A stretch of 64,000 bases of DNA from Octopus vulgaris (lineage: Eukaryota), in NCBI GenBank assembly GCA_951406725.2, contig OX597822.1, positions 111,848,001 to 111,912,000 on the forward strand. Direction: 5' to 3'. This document shows positions 63,490-64,000 of the stretch, piece by piece. Numbering within the stretch: the first letter of the stretch is position 1; every line of letters starts with the position of its first letter. The notes under the pieces were generated by a model. That model saw only the letters and a program-made list of their open reading frames with translations, ran no database searches and was not told the DNA's origin. The translations under genes and the position numbers were made by a program.

Positions 63490-63710
63490 AGGCGTCGAGT
63501 TAGGAGAAACTTTACCCCGCTGAGGAAAATGCGTAGCGGTATTTCGTCCGCCTTTCCTTTCTGAATTCAAATTCTGCCGAGGGCGTCTTCTTTTTCTCCC
63601 TTTTGGGATTGATGAAATACGTACCACCTGAGCCCCGAGATCGATGTAATCGACTTACCCACATCCTCGAAATTGCTGACCACGTGCCAAAAAATTTGAA
63701 CCTAATATTG
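63490..63710 (+). mobile_element. Diverged SINE B-related copy
   Basis: GCGTAGCGGTATTTCGTC..TTCAAATTCTGCCGAGG..GATCGATGTAATCGACTT. Confidence 0.65.
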
Positions 63711-64000
63711 GTCGTCATTATTCCACCATTGCGAGGATTCTGTTCATATTTTCTTTTATTCTATGAATTGTCACGAGGATGTTTTTGATGAACCTGGTTG
63801 ACTAGCGTTCCATTTTAATTCAGAGGTAATAAATTAAAGGAACTTGAGAGTTTCATGTATTTTGTTTCCGCAGTTAACACAACGATCATACCCCGATTTA
63901 TATAAACTGACTTAACATCCAAACTGTACGTACTTTTGTATATGACCAGTATAACCTTCGGTTTTACGGCAATAACATTTGCATTGATGCAAGCACGACT

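Overview
This is AT-rich, microsatellite-dense eukaryotic DNA with no supportable host protein-coding exon, so it is probably intergenic or intronic. The SINE families resemble, from recall rather than a search, those of Octopus (coleoid cephalopods). The window is a mosaic of transposable elements: at least four tRNA-headed SINE families (over 20 copies, several with target-site duplications), three non-autonomous Helitrons, many R4/Dong-type non-LTR remnants sitting in (TAA)n arrays, an RTE LINE with a twin-priming-type 5' inversion, Tc1/mariner remnants and a MITE. It also holds a near-complete Neptune-type Penelope-like element (RT plus GIY-YIG, direct pseudo-LTRs) and several solo pLTR fragments carrying minimal hammerhead-ribozyme motifs. 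Two observations stand out. (1) A family of ORF1-only (Gag-like, CCHC knuckle) retroposons with no RT has three divergent members here; one is bounded by a TSD, and two end in the 3' tail used by a SINE family and a LINE 3' UTR. (2) Hammerhead-like motifs carry the core 3-8 base pair as C-G, U-A and G-C in different Penelope-related repeats. Nearly all short ORFs in the supplied track are microsatellite or SINE artefacts.
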